A stretch of DNA of 63,867 nt, counting the filler. It is 5 parts of 5 records of this genome, joined end to end, with 100 filler letters (N's around TTAATTAATTAA, not from the genome) between each part and the next. Parts side by side here need not be neighbours in the genome. Positions count along the whole stretch, not along the records: positions 30,542 to 58,244 come from DRR723986_5196; 4 more parts are not named here. One strand, written 5' to 3'. The position numbers and the translations under genes are program-made. Every line of letters starts with the position of its first letter. Position 1 is the first letter of the stretch. Positions 39,727-50,125 of the stretch are shown here, in pieces. The notes below the pieces were generated by a model that saw only the letters and a list, made by a program, of their open reading frames with translations, made no database searches and was not told the DNA's origin.

Positions 39727-40856
39727 GAGCGACCCAACTGAGGTGTCTGAATGGTGCCCACCAAGCCGTCAATATTGCTTTGTTTGCCAAACTGGGCCAG
39801 CACGGTTTGCCGGCCCAGTGCTGCCATGTCTCGGGCTTTGTGGGGTTCAGTCAGCACAGCACCCAATGCTTGAACCCAGGCATCGAGCGCACCGGGCGCG
39901 TGGGGCGCCGGGCAGACATAACCTGTTACTCCACTTTGTACTGTTTCGGGCAGGCCACCCACATTGCTGACCACCACGGGCACGCCCAGGCCCAGCGCTT
40001 CAATTTGGCTCATGCCCAAAGGCTCGTAACTGGAAGGCATGACCAACACATCCGCACGCTTGATGAGCGGTGCAACGGGGTTCAACATGCCCGGCAGCAC
40101 CACATGCCTGCTCAGGCCCAAACGCCGCGCTTCGGTTTCGATGGCCTGTCGGGTTTCACCCTCGCCGGCTGCCACGTACAACAAATTTGGAAACTGTGGG
40201 AGCAGGGCTTTCACCACCTGCAACATGAAACTGTGCCCCTTTTCTACCCTGAACATGGCCGCATGGGCAATCACCGGGCGCTGCTGCAAATCACTCAGGC
40301 GGGCATCAAGTTCAGCGGGCAAGCCCAGCGCCGCAGCGGCGGCGATGCTTTCAAAATCAACGCCAGGGTACAGCACACCGATTTTCTCGGGCAGTACCCC
40401 ACTGTTTTGCAGCAATTGGTCTTTCAAAGCCTGGCTGGGCGTGAAGGTTTGGTCAAACATCTGGTTGTAAGTGAATGCTTTGGCCGGGCCTGGCTGGTAG
40501 GTGCGCATGCGGATTAGAGTAGGCCGGGGCTTGAGCAAGCCAATTTTTGCCAGGGTATGCACGGTTATTGAACACAAATTGGCATCGTGGCTGCTGTGGC
40601 ACACCACCGCCACCGGCTTGTGTTGCCGAACCAAATTGGCCAGCCTTAAAACACTGGGCGGGTGTATGGCATTTCTGAATGCTACAAACTCGACATTCAG
40701 GCCCAGCTTGCGGGCTTCCTGAGAAATTCGACTGCCTGGCCGGCACAATATATAGGGGGTGTAACCTTTGGCTTTCAGACCCACCGCCTGCTCGAGCAAT
40801 TGCAGTTCTTGACCACCGATATTTTTGGAACTTTCAGAGAAGAAAATGCTGGTCAT
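39723..40856 (-). CDS. Glycosyltransferase family 4 (LPS core)
   Basis: GGQELQ, HSSHDA, RVEKGH, EPLGMSQIEA (EX7E), VGGLPE; likely ATG 40856. Confidence 0.9.
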   Translation of the reverse strand: MTSIFFSESSKNIGGQELQLLEQAVGLKAKGYTPYILCRPGSRISQEARKLGLNVEFVAFRNAIHPPSVLRLANLVRQHKPVAVVCHSSHDANLCSITVHTLAKIGLLKPRPTLIRMRTYQPGPAKAFTYNQMFDQTFTPSQALKDQLLQNSGVLPEKIGVLYPGVDFESIAAAAALGLPAELDARLSDLQQRPVIAHAAMFRVEKGHSFMLQVVKALLPQFPNLLYVAAGEGETRQAIETEARRLGLSRHVVLPGMLNPVAPLIKRADVLVMPSSYEPLGMSQIEALGLGVPVVVSNVGGLPETVQSGVTGYVCPAPHAPGALDAWVQALGAVLTEPHKARDMAALGRQTVLAQFGKQSNIDGLVGTIQTPQLGRS

Positions 40857-41003
40857 TTGAATTGTAAAACAAAATTGGTTGAAATCACGGTCTATATTCG
40901 CTCTGTGTTTGCTCAACGCGTGTGCGGGTTTACTGGCAGTTTAATGCGCCACCGCGCACGGATGGGCGTGAATTCACTCTAATCAATACCGGGTTGAAAT
41001 ACT

Positions 41004-42062
41004 TTGCAGAAAATTTTGGTGATTAAATTAAGGCATCACGGTGATGTACTGTTGACCACAGCCTTGTACCGCGCCCTTCACGATCAATTCCCGGGCGTAC
41101 AAATTGATACCCTGATTTATAAAGAAACAACACCTCTGTTGCAAAACAATCCGCACCTTAACCGGGTGCTGTGTATTGACCGGAAACTGAAAGGCTTTGC
41201 AAGGCTGAAGGCCGAACTTGGACTGGTGTTTGAGACACGGCGTACTCGTTACGATGCCGTGGTGCATTTAACCGACCAATGGGTTGGTGCCCTGCTCGCT
41301 CGCTTTTCAAATGCGCCCGTGCGCGTACAAATGGCCTATGCAAAACGCGACAAGACCCTGTGGCACGCCTGCTTTACACACCGTGTGGTACCCCCACCCC
41401 GGGGGCAAGCACACGCCGTGGAGCTAAACCTGCTGTGCCTGCAAGCCCTGGGCGTAAACCCCCGCAGCCTGCGCGGTGAAATGGTACTGCGCCCAAGCCC
41501 TGAAAACCTGGACAAAGCCGACAAACTTTTGGCTGGGCACAGAGTGAACGGACCATTCGTATTGATTCACCCCGCTGCCCGTTGGCCTTTTAAGTGCTGG
41601 GAAGACGACAAGTTTGCCGACGTGGTGGTGCATTTGCTGAACCAAGGTTTGCACGTGGTACTCACCTGCAGCCCTGACCCAGTGGAGGTGGCGATGACAG
41701 CCGAAATAGAACGCTTGGCACGCGCCAAGTTTTCAACGGGTTCAAGCCAGTTGGTGAATGTGGGCGGCAAAATGAGCCTGCCCCTGTTGGCGGCTTTGCT
41801 GAAGTTAAGCAAGTTTTATGTGGGCGTGGATTCCGCACCCATGCACATGGCCGCGGCATTGAATGTGCCGCAGGTGGCGCTGTTTGGTCCCTCCTGGGTA
41901 CAGGAATGGCGGCCTTGGTCGGACAAAGCCACCGTTATTTATGCGGGCGACTTTGGGCCACTTCCCCACCCGGACAGCATCAATACCGACGACACCACAC
42001 GACTTCTGAGCGCAATCCCCACGGATGTGGTGATTCAGGCGGTGAACAAACTGATTGACTGA
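41004..42062 (+). CDS. rfaQ: LPS heptosyltransferase III
   Basis: ILVIKLRHHGDVLLTT, HLTDQW, HPAARWPFKCW, GVDSAPMHMAAA, WRPW. Confidence 0.9.
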   Translation: MQKILVIKLRHHGDVLLTTALYRALHDQFPGVQIDTLIYKETTPLLQNNPHLNRVLCIDRKLKGFARLKAELGLVFETRRTRYDAVVHLTDQWVGALLARFSNAPVRVQMAYAKRDKTLWHACFTHRVVPPPRGQAHAVELNLLCLQALGVNPRSLRGEMVLRPSPENLDKADKLLAGHRVNGPFVLIHPAARWPFKCWEDDKFADVVVHLLNQGLHVVLTCSPDPVEVAMTAEIERLARAKFSTGSSQLVNVGGKMSLPLLAALLKLSKFYVGVDSAPMHMAAALNVPQVALFGPSWVQEWRPWSDKATVIYAGDFGPLPHPDSINTDDTTRLLSAIPTDVVIQAVNKLID

Positions 42063-42124
42063 GCTCGCGTACTGAGTTCACACACTGAACGTACACAATG
42101 AGCCGTCCCGGCCAGCCTGTTCAA

Positions 42125-43888
42125 TCAAGGCTTGATTTCGGTCGTTTGGTTCTGAATGGAATGCAGGTAATGGTATTTGCCCTGCTTGGCCAACAGTTCC
42201 TGGTGGGTGCCCTGCTCAATCAATTTGCCCTGGTCCAGCACGATAATGAAATCGGCCGTGGTCAGCGTGGACAATCGATGCGCAATCACCAAAGTGGTTC
42301 GACCATGGCGCAGTCGCTCCATGTCCTCTTGAACTTCACGCTCCGCTTCAGAATCGAGTGCAGAAGTGGCTTCATCGAGAATTAGAATTGGGGCGTTTTT
42401 AAGGAATGCCCGTGCGATTGAAATGCGCTGGCGCTGGCCGCCAGAGAGTCTCAGTCCATTGTCGCCCAGGACCGTATCAAGCCCATTTTCCAGTTTCTCA
42501 ATAAAAGGCAGGGCATTGGCCATGCGGGCAGCATTTAAAATGGCTTCATCGCTGGCACCACGCATTTCGCCGTAAGCAATGTTGTTGCGCACGGTGTCGT
42601 TCAGCAAATGGCTTTCCTGGGTGACCACTGCAATTTGGCGGCGAAGGCACTGCAAATCCCATAGTTTCAAATCAACACTGTCCAGCTTCACTACACCGCT
42701 TGTGGGGTCCAGAAAACGAGGCAGCAAGTTGATCAGGGTTGACTTGCCACCGCCCGACACACCGACGATACCCACCGTTTGCCCGGGTTTGACCCACAAA
42801 TTGATGTCCATCAATGTAGGCGCTTCAGCACCGGGAAAGGTAAGCCCCACTTTGTTGAATTCAATGTAACCCAGCGCTCGATCAGTGGTGTGGGTGCCGC
42901 TGGAATTCTCAACCGAGCGGTCTACAACCCGAAATACGTTGTCAGCAGCCGCCAAGCCTTTTTGAAGTTGCTGGTTGATGTTGGTCAGGCGCTTCACCGG
43001 GGCCAACAACATCATCATCGCGGTCATGAAAGAGGCGAAATCGCCCGCAGTCATGCTGTCGCTTTCAGCCAAAATGCCGGCGAAGTACACCACAGCAGCC
43101 ACAGCAGCGGCAAGTATCCACTGAACAATTGCGGAATTGGCCGCGCTGGTGGCCACCAGCTTCACGCGACTTTTCATGATTTCATCCGCGCTTTTCATGA
43201 AGCGATCGGTTTCAACCTGCTGCGCACCGTAAATCTTGATGATTTTTTGTGCGCCAATCACCTCGGAAATGCTTTGTACCAAATCGGCATGCGAGGTTTG
43301 CGCACTGTGTGCAAAGCGGTTCAAACGTTTGGCTGCCACCGACACACCAATGGCAATCAAGGGAAGAATTGCAAAGCAGATCAAGGTGAGCTGCCAATTG
43401 GTGTAAAGCAAAATGGCCATGAGGCCGATCACGATTGCACCGTCGCGAATCAGCACTGTAATGATGTTGAAACCCGCTTCGGTGACCGCATCCACGTTGG
43501 TGGACACGGTGGAGATAATTTTACCGGCGGGCTGTTCCACAAAATACGAATTGGGAAAACGCAAGATGCGGGACAACATGTCAAACCGCAAATCATGAAC
43601 TACCAATCCAGCCAGCTTGGCGCTGCAATACTCATTGATGTACGTGGCCAAACCGCGGATGAGGAACAACACAATGATGATGACCGGCAGCCACTTCGCC
43701 ATCTCTGTTCGCTCGCCCGAGAAGTTCTCGTCGATCAGCGGCTTCATCAGGCTGGCAAACAAAGGCTCGGTGACAGCGGCAAACACCAAGGCCACCAATG
43801 AAGTGGCAAACAGCGGCCAATAACGAAGGCTGTAGGACAATAAGCGTTTGTAGAGACCTTTGGCGGTGTAGTCGAGGTTTTCAGGCAT
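42125..43888 (-). CDS. msbA: Lipid A export ABC permease/ATPase
   Basis: N-terminal TMD with PVKRLTNIN..LQKGLAAA, Walker A GVSGGGKS, LSGGQRQR, DEATSALD; lies beside LPS genes. Confidence 0.93.
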   Translation of the reverse strand: MPENLDYTAKGLYKRLLSYSLRYWPLFATSLVALVFAAVTEPLFASLMKPLIDENFSGERTEMAKWLPVIIIVLFLIRGLATYINEYCSAKLAGLVVHDLRFDMLSRILRFPNSYFVEQPAGKIISTVSTNVDAVTEAGFNIITVLIRDGAIVIGLMAILLYTNWQLTLICFAILPLIAIGVSVAAKRLNRFAHSAQTSHADLVQSISEVIGAQKIIKIYGAQQVETDRFMKSADEIMKSRVKLVATSAANSAIVQWILAAAVAAVVYFAGILAESDSMTAGDFASFMTAMMMLLAPVKRLTNINQQLQKGLAAADNVFRVVDRSVENSSGTHTTDRALGYIEFNKVGLTFPGAEAPTLMDINLWVKPGQTVGIVGVSGGGKSTLINLLPRFLDPTSGVVKLDSVDLKLWDLQCLRRQIAVVTQESHLLNDTVRNNIAYGEMRGASDEAILNAARMANALPFIEKLENGLDTVLGDNGLRLSGGQRQRISIARAFLKNAPILILDEATSALDSEAEREVQEDMERLRHGRTTLVIAHRLSTLTTADFIIVLDQGKLIEQGTHQELLAKQGKYHYLHSIQNQTTEIKP

Positions 43889-43950
43889 GAAAGGTGAACG
43901 TGGGTTGGATGCTCGAAGTTTACACGGTTGTGTGTGGCAAGCGAGTGCGA

Positions 43951-44184
43951 CTCAAGCGTCGCGTGAATCTTGACGCTTGTTGAGCCAACTCGGCAGTGGG
44001 TTTGCCTGTTACGAACTTCAAGAAAACCGCCCCGTTTGGATTCATTCGCTGCGTTTGGCGATTTGCCAACACCGAGACTCGGCCATGTGTTTTGCCGAGC
44101 GAGGTGAGCAAGAATGAATTCAAAAAGGGATGAAGCGGTTTTCTGTGAGGAATCAGGCAACCCCGACGAGTTGGCGACAGCGCC
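43951..44184. other. Highly structured intergenic element (candidate ncRNA or MITE-like palindromic repeat)
   Basis: Four nested inverted repeats forming a rod (43984-44175), capped by two hairpins and flanked by further hairpins; see findings. Confidence 0.7.
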
Positions 44185-44211
44185 ATAGTTTCCGCCAAAC
44201 TGGCTGATCAA

Positions 44212-47200
44212 TTAGCCAAACACCCACTTGGCATTGCCCTCACCCAGCCAGCCCTGCATTTCAACCAGAAGGTCTTCTTCCGGACGCACCTTCCAGTCGC
44301 TGCTCAGTTGCGCCACGCAGGCAGCCTGGCCATTGTGATAGTCAATTTCGACCAAACAACCCTGCACGGGATCGCGGAAAGGCTCCAGCATGGCGCGCAG
44401 CTTTTCAGCATCCGATTGCCCGTTCATGCTCAGCCTCAAGCGGCTGACAAAGTGGGCCCGGGCACTGGCCAGTGAATACAGGTTCTCGGCAGAAATTCGC
44501 AAGCCCCCGGTGTAAGAATCTTCAGAAACCTTGCCTTGCAGCACAAGTAGCGAATCTTCTTTGAGCAGGTTGCGGTTGGCTTCAAACTGCTCATTGAAAA
44601 TAGACAATTCAACTTGCGCAGTAGAGTCATCCAGCAACACAACCGCCATTTTCCCGCGCTTGGTCATCATGGTCCGTAGCGATGCAATCACACCCGCCAT
44701 CCACACCAAATCCCGACCCGGCGACAGGTCTTTCAACTTCAGTTTGACAAATTGCCGCACTTTGTCTTCATCGGCTTTAAACAGGTGACCACTGAAGTAG
44801 TAACCCAAGGCCGCTTTTTCCTGCTGCAGCTTTTCACGTTCGCTCCAGGTGGGCACATCCACCAATTCCGGTGGAGCATCGCCTCCAAGGTCTTCCCCAA
44901 ACAAACTCACCTGTGCAGCGGTGGCGGCTTGTTGGGCAGCCCATTCCATGGCCTGCCCTGAACTGGCCAGCAACTTGGCACGGTCAGGGTTCAGAGAATC
45001 AAAAGCACCTGCGCGAATCAGTGCCTCAATCACCCGCCGGTTGATCTGTTTGCTGTCTACACGCTTCACGAAATCGAAGAGACTGGTGAACGGACCATTG
45101 GCGTTGCGCTCGGCAACGATTGCCTCACATGCAGCCTGACCCGTTCCTTTTACAGCACCCAAACCGTAGCGAATAGCGCTTGCACGCTTTTCACCATCAA
45201 TGCGCACAGCGGTGAAGCGGAAATTGGACTGGTTTACGTCCGGACCCAGCATCGTGACCATGGTGCCGGCTTTCTTGCCCGGCACCTGACACATGGCCAT
45301 GGCATCTTCGACAAATACCTTGACCTTGTCAGTGTCATCCATGTCTGAACTCATGGACGCAGCCATGAATTCAGCCGGGTAATGCGCCTTCAACCAGGCG
45401 GTATGGTATGCAATTAGCGCATAAGCAGCCGAGTGCGATTTGTTGAAACCGTATTCTGCAAACTTTTCCATCAAGTCGAAAAGCTGCTTGGCCACGGCTG
45501 GGTCCACACCACGCTCGGTGGCGCCAGTCGTGAAAATTTCACGCTGCTTGGCCATTTCCTCAGGCTTCTTTTTACCCATGGCTCGGCGCAACAGGTCAGC
45601 GCCGCCCAAGCTGTAGCCGGCCAGAATCTGGGCAACCAACATCACCTGTTCTTGGTAAACAATCACACCGTAGGTGCTTTTCAGGATGCCTTCGAGCTTG
45701 GGGTGAAAGTACCACTCCGCGCGCCCTTTGCCGGTTTTGGAGGTTTCCTTTTTACGGGCAATGAAGTCGTCCACCATGCCGGAGCCCAAAGGGCCAGGAC
45801 GGTTCAGCGCCATCAAGGCAATGATGTCTTCGAAGTTGTCCGGCTTGAGCTTCTTTTCAAGGTCTTTCGCGGAACGCGATTCAGACTGGAACACTGCAGT
45901 CGTGTTGCCCTCTGAAAACAACTGGTACACCGCCGGGTCGTCCAGCGGCAAATCTTCCAAGCGGAAGTCGCGCTGGTCTTCGTAGTTTTCCCGCACCCAA
46001 CGCACTGCCCAATCCAGAATGGTCAGGTTGCGCAGGCCCAAGAAGTCAAACTTCACCAGGCCCACGGCTTCCACGTCGTCTTTGTCGTATTGCGACACCA
46101 CAGAATCGGTTGAACCGTCAGCACAATACAAGGGACAAAAATCAGTCAACTTGCCCGGTGCGATCAACACGCCGCCCGCGTGCATACCCACGTTGCGGGT
46201 CAGTCCCTCCAAAGGCCGCGCCACTGCGATGATTTCCTTGGCCTCGTCTTCGTTTTCCACCCGCTCCTTGAACGTGGGCTCTTCATTCAACGCGCGTTCA
46301 AGGTCCCACGGGTCCGTGGGCGTTTGCGGAATCAACTTGGACAGGCCGTCGCAATACATATAGGGCATGTCGAGCACACGGCCCGCATCGCGAATGACCG
46401 CTTTCGCACCCAAGGTACCGAAGGTTGCGATTTGGCTAACCGCATCGCGCCCGTAGTTTTGCTTCACGTAATCGATGACGCGGTCGCGGTTGTCCTGGCA
46501 AAAGTCGATGTCGAAGTCAGGCATGGAAACCCGCTCGGGGTTCAGGAAACGCTCGAACAGCAAGTCGTACCGCAGAGGGTCAAGGTCGGTAATGCCTAGG
46601 GCATACGCCACCAGCGAGCCTGCACCAGACCCCCGCCCTGGGCCCACAGGCACGCCATTTTTTTTGCCCCAGTTAATGAAGTCTTGAACAATCAGGAAGT
46701 AACCGGGAAAGCCCATACCGATAATGGTGTCGCATTCAATTTTCAAACGCGCTTCGTATTCCGGGCGCATCTTTTCCCGTTCCTCAATGTTCGGGAACAA
46801 GTGTGCCAAACGCTTCTCCAAACCCTCCTTGGACAAATGCACCAAGTAGTCGTCAAGCGTCATGCCGTCTGGTGTGGGGAATGCGGGCAACTTGGGCTTG
46901 CCCAATTCAAGCGTTAAATTACAACGCTGGGCAATTCGAATACTGTTGCGGATGGCGCTGGGAATGTCGGCAAACAGTTCTGCCATTTCCTGCGCAGTTT
47001 TGAAATACTGCTGCTCGGTAAAACGACGTGGCCTGCGCGGGTTCGACAAAATTTCGCCCTGTGCAATACACACCCGCGCTTCATGCGCACGGAAGTCTTC
47101 AGGCTTCAAAAACTGAATTGGATGCGTGGCCACCACAGGCAGCTGCAACTTGGCCGCCAACTGACAACTTAAATTCACCAGGTTCTCGGCCTGGGTGGAC

Positions 47201-47742
47201 CCATCGCGCTGAAGCTCAATGTAATAGCGCCCCTCGAAATACTTCAGGAATTTGCGGGCTGAGTCTTCAGCGCGGGCCATGTTGCCACCCAGCAAAAACT
47301 GGCCGACATCGGAATTAGCAAACCCGGAGACGGCGATCAGGCCATCACAACCTACCTCATCAAACCATTCAAACTTCAGCGTGGCTTTTCCGCGTTTCTG
47401 GTTGCGCAAGAAGGCACGGCTTAGAAGCTCGCAAAGCTGCAAATAGCCTTTATGGTTTTGCACCAGCAACAGCACGCGGGCGGGCTGTTCTTCATCGCGA
47501 TCGCTTTCAATCCACACATCGCAAGCCGCAATTGGCTTGACACCGGCACCGCGTGCCTTGCCGTAAAACTTGATCAAACCAAACAGGTTGGACAGATCAG
47601 AGATGGCCAGCGCGGGCATGCCGCACCCAGCGGCGGCTTTAACAGCCTCGCCCACGCGCACCATACCGTCGAGCACCGAAAATTCGGTGTGCATGCGCAG
47701 GTGAACAAACGTGGAAGGCAATGTGGGGGATGAATTTGTCAT
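44212..47742 (-). CDS. dnaE: DNA polymerase III alpha subunit
   Basis: PHP domain HLRMHTEFS, GPGRGSGAGS, PDFDIDF, KFDFLGL, YGFNKSH. Confidence 0.98.
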   Translation of the reverse strand: MTNSSPTLPSTFVHLRMHTEFSVLDGMVRVGEAVKAAAGCGMPALAISDLSNLFGLIKFYGKARGAGVKPIAACDVWIESDRDEEQPARVLLLVQNHKGYLQLCELLSRAFLRNQKRGKATLKFEWFDEVGCDGLIAVSGFANSDVGQFLLGGNMARAEDSARKFLKYFEGRYYIELQRDGSTQAENLVNLSCQLAAKLQLPVVATHPIQFLKPEDFRAHEARVCIAQGEILSNPRRPRRFTEQQYFKTAQEMAELFADIPSAIRNSIRIAQRCNLTLELGKPKLPAFPTPDGMTLDDYLVHLSKEGLEKRLAHLFPNIEEREKMRPEYEARLKIECDTIIGMGFPGYFLIVQDFINWGKKNGVPVGPGRGSGAGSLVAYALGITDLDPLRYDLLFERFLNPERVSMPDFDIDFCQDNRDRVIDYVKQNYGRDAVSQIATFGTLGAKAVIRDAGRVLDMPYMYCDGLSKLIPQTPTDPWDLERALNEEPTFKERVENEDEAKEIIAVARPLEGLTRNVGMHAGGVLIAPGKLTDFCPLYCADGSTDSVVSQYDKDDVEAVGLVKFDFLGLRNLTILDWAVRWVRENYEDQRDFRLEDLPLDDPAVYQLFSEGNTTAVFQSESRSAKDLEKKLKPDNFEDIIALMALNRPGPLGSGMVDDFIARKKETSKTGKGRAEWYFHPKLEGILKSTYGVIVYQEQVMLVAQILAGYSLGGADLLRRAMGKKKPEEMAKQREIFTTGATERGVDPAVAKQLFDLMEKFAEYGFNKSHSAAYALIAYHTAWLKAHYPAEFMAASMSSDMDDTDKVKVFVEDAMAMCQVPGKKAGTMVTMLGPDVNQSNFRFTAVRIDGEKRASAIRYGLGAVKGTGQAACEAIVAERNANGPFTSLFDFVKRVDSKQINRRVIEALIRAGAFDSLNPDRAKLLASSGQAMEWAAQQAATAAQVSLFGEDLGGDAPPELVDVPTWSEREKLQQEKAALGYYFSGHLFKADEDKVRQFVKLKLKDLSPGRDLVWMAGVIASLRTMMTKRGKMAVVLLDDSTAQVELSIFNEQFEANRNLLKEDSLLVLQGKVSEDSYTGGLRISAENLYSLASARAHFVSRLRLSMNGQSDAEKLRAMLEPFRDPVQGCLVEIDYHNGQAACVAQLSSDWKVRPEEDLLVEMQGWLGEGNAKWVFG

Positions 47743-47803
47743 CCCCCCATTTTATCCGCAAACGGATATTTGATTACAGCCGATTTACGTCTTGGGCCAA
47801 CTA

Positions 47804-48364
47804 TTAGCCGGCGAGCTTCTTGGCAAACTCAGCCACCCGGGCACCATAAACTTTCGCAGTTTCCAGGTCAGATGCAGGCGGAGTCACGTCTGCCGGGGCA
47901 TTGTCCGATTGAGTCATCACACCCACCCAAGAACCCACGCGGTTCAGTTCATTGACGTCCCCAGGTTTCTGGGCACCCGGGGTGGCACTGCCCACCCAGA
48001 TCATGCCGTGTTGCATGGCAAAGGTGACGAAGTACTGAAGGGTGCTGAGTTTGTCGCCACTCATGGACATGGAGTTGGTAAAACCACCCGCCACCTTGTT
48101 CTTCCAGCCCTGGCTGAACCACACTTTGCTGGATGCATCCGCAAACTTTTTGAAGTCCGCCGAGGCACCGCCCATGTAGGTGGGTGAGCCGAAAATGATG
48201 GCATCAGCCTTGGCCAATACGTCCCAAGTGGCGTCATTCACGTCATTGACTGAAATGAGGTGGGTTTGTACACCCGCCACGCCTGCTGCACCTTGTTCAA
48301 CAGCCTGCGCCACTTTGGCTGTATGACCATAACCACTGTGATAAACAATTGCTACTTGTGTCAT
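47804..48364 (-). CDS. WrbA-like flavodoxin / NAD(P)H:quinone oxidoreductase
   Basis: YHSGYGHT, FGSPTYMG, SGDKLSTL, AMQHGMIWVG. Confidence 0.9.
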   Translation of the reverse strand: MTQVAIVYHSGYGHTAKVAQAVEQGAAGVAGVQTHLISVNDVNDATWDVLAKADAIIFGSPTYMGGASADFKKFADASSKVWFSQGWKNKVAGGFTNSMSMSGDKLSTLQYFVTFAMQHGMIWVGSATPGAQKPGDVNELNRVGSWVGVMTQSDNAPADVTPPASDLETAKVYGARVAEFAKKLAG

Positions 48365-48390
48365 TTTTTACTCCCTCGTTGTTTTAACAA

Positions 48391-49101
48391 TCAAGCGGGC
48401 AAGTCGAAGAAAAGTACCTCGGCCTGTTCGCTCACATCAAAATTCAGTTCCCGCTCACCGGCAATCAACAGAGCATCTCCGGTTTGCAGCAATACATTGC
48501 CCACGCTCAGCGAACCCTTGGCCACATGTAAATAGCCTTTGCGTGCAGGGTCCAACTCACGGTGTACGCTTTGATTGCTCAAGCGGCCTGCGTACATTTT
48601 TGCGTCCTGGTGAATGAAGGCGATTTTCTTCGCCTCAGCCTCGGCCCTGTCGCCTGTCACGATCAGACCAAGCTGACCGGTGATTGTGGCCACATCCAGA
48701 TCGTGGTCCTTGTAACCAGGCTCCACCCCATTCACGGCAGGCTCAATCCAGATTTGCAGCAAGTGAGCCACATCGGTTTTGTGCGCATTCATTTCTGAAT
48801 GTCGAATACCGGTGCCTGCACTCATACGCTGAATCTGATTGGGCTTGATGGCTGAACCACCACCCAAACTGTCGCGGTGGCTAAGCTCACCGCCCAACAT
48901 GTATGTGATGATTTCCATGTCGCGGTGACCGTGCGTGCCAAAACCGGTTTGAGGCTGAACCCAGTCTTCATTGATCACGCGCAGGGGGCCGAAACCCATG
49001 TGCTTGGGATCGTAGTAGCTGGAAAAAGAAAAGCTGTGATAGCTCTCAAGCCAACCATGGTTGGCGTAACCGCGCTCATTGGATTTTCTGATCTGGAACA
49101 T
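48391..49101 (-). CDS. Pirin family protein (YhhW-like)
   Basis: RGYANHGWL, LRVINED, HGHRDMEI, MSAGTGIRHSE, QIWI; likely ATG 49101. Confidence 0.93.
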   Translation of the reverse strand: MFQIRKSNERGYANHGWLESYHSFSFSSYYDPKHMGFGPLRVINEDWVQPQTGFGTHGHRDMEIITYMLGGELSHRDSLGGGSAIKPNQIQRMSAGTGIRHSEMNAHKTDVAHLLQIWIEPAVNGVEPGYKDHDLDVATITGQLGLIVTGDRAEAEAKKIAFIHQDAKMYAGRLSNQSVHRELDPARKGYLHVAKGSLSVGNVLLQTGDALLIAGERELNFDVSEQAEVLFFDLPA

Positions 49102-49180
49102 GTTCAACCTCCTGTTGAATGATGAATTCAGTGTAGGTGGTGCCATGCGGCCAAACAAGGCGTAGAATTTGACGAACTCA

Positions 49181-49195
49181 TTCAAAAAAACTGAA
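49181..49195. promoter_or_regulatory. Probable LysR operator (T-N11-A palindrome)
   Basis: TTCA-N7-TGAA between the divergent pirin and LysR genes. Confidence 0.55.
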
Positions 49196-49198
49196 CCC

Positions 49199-50110
49199 AT
49201 GACCATCAACCTCGACAGCCTTGCCCTGCTTGAATTGATTGAAGCACGGGGCAGTTTTGCCGCCGCCGCAGTGGCCCTGAACAAGGCACCGTCGGCGATC
49301 ACCTACCAACTTCGGCAACTGGAAGACAGTCTGGACGTTCTGATTTATGACCGATCTGGCCACAAAGCCAAACTCACTCCTGCAGGAAAAGCTTTGTTGG
49401 AAGAGGGTCGCAAGTTACTTGAAAGCACCGATGCACTCACCAAGCGCGTGAAAGCCGTGGCCAGTGGTTGGGAGGCCGAGCTGCGGATCGTGCTGGATTC
49501 CGTGGTGCCGTTCGAAAAAGCCATACCCTGGATTCAGGCATTTGATGCGCTGGAAAGCCCGACACGGCTGCGTTTCTCAAGCGAAGTGTTGTCAGGTACT
49601 TGGGAAGCGTTGTACTCGGGCCGGGCCGACCTGTTGATTGGCAGCCGCCTGGATCAAAACCAGTTTGCCAGCGCCACCGGGCTGCACATTCAAAGCTTCG
49701 GGCAATCGCTGTTTGTGTTTGCAGTGGCCCCAAGCCACCCGCTGGCCAATGCAGAGGAACCGCTGTGCATCGACACCATTCGCCAATACCGTGCGGTAGC
49801 AGTAGGCGATACATCCCGCAACTTCAAACCGCTTACTTTTGGTTTGCAAAGCGGGCAGGCTGTGCTGACGGTGCCCAATCTTCAGGCCAAGGTAAAGGCA
49901 CAATTGGCAGGCCTGGGCTGCGGCTGGCTACCCTGGAACTTGATTGAACAGGAAGTAGCCAACAGCGATTTGATCGTGAAGAAAACCGAAGATGTAACCC
50001 GGCAAAGCAGCCTTTGTTTTGCCTGGCAACGCGGCAGCCAAGGCAAAGCGCTGGACTGGTGGACCAAACACTTGGCCACGGTGCAGCTGAACTTTCAGCC
50101 ACCCCAATAA
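49199..50110 (+). CDS. LysR-family regulator (YhaJ-like)
   Basis: GSFAAAA..LNKAPSAITY HTH, GWEAEL, EVLSGTWEAL; divergent from pirin. Confidence 0.93.
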   Translation: MTINLDSLALLELIEARGSFAAAAVALNKAPSAITYQLRQLEDSLDVLIYDRSGHKAKLTPAGKALLEEGRKLLESTDALTKRVKAVASGWEAELRIVLDSVVPFEKAIPWIQAFDALESPTRLRFSSEVLSGTWEALYSGRADLLIGSRLDQNQFASATGLHIQSFGQSLFVFAVAPSHPLANAEEPLCIDTIRQYRAVAVGDTSRNFKPLTFGLQSGQAVLTVPNLQAKVKAQLAGLGCGWLPWNLIEQEVANSDLIVKKTEDVTRQSSLCFAWQRGSQGKALDWWTKHLATVQLNFQPPQ

Positions 50111-50125
50111 ACCGTGTTGTTCAAT

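Noticed and set aside
43984-44175. Calling the rod-like element 6S RNA, RNase P RNA, tmRNA or SRP RNA
   Set aside because: No signature found: no GAGGAAAGUCC, no tRNA-like ends or tag ORF, no SRP loop motif and no zapA/ygfA context. It is left as unassigned.
44212-47742. Intein in DnaE
   Set aside because: Normal length (1176 aa); only short insertions and no splice-junction motifs
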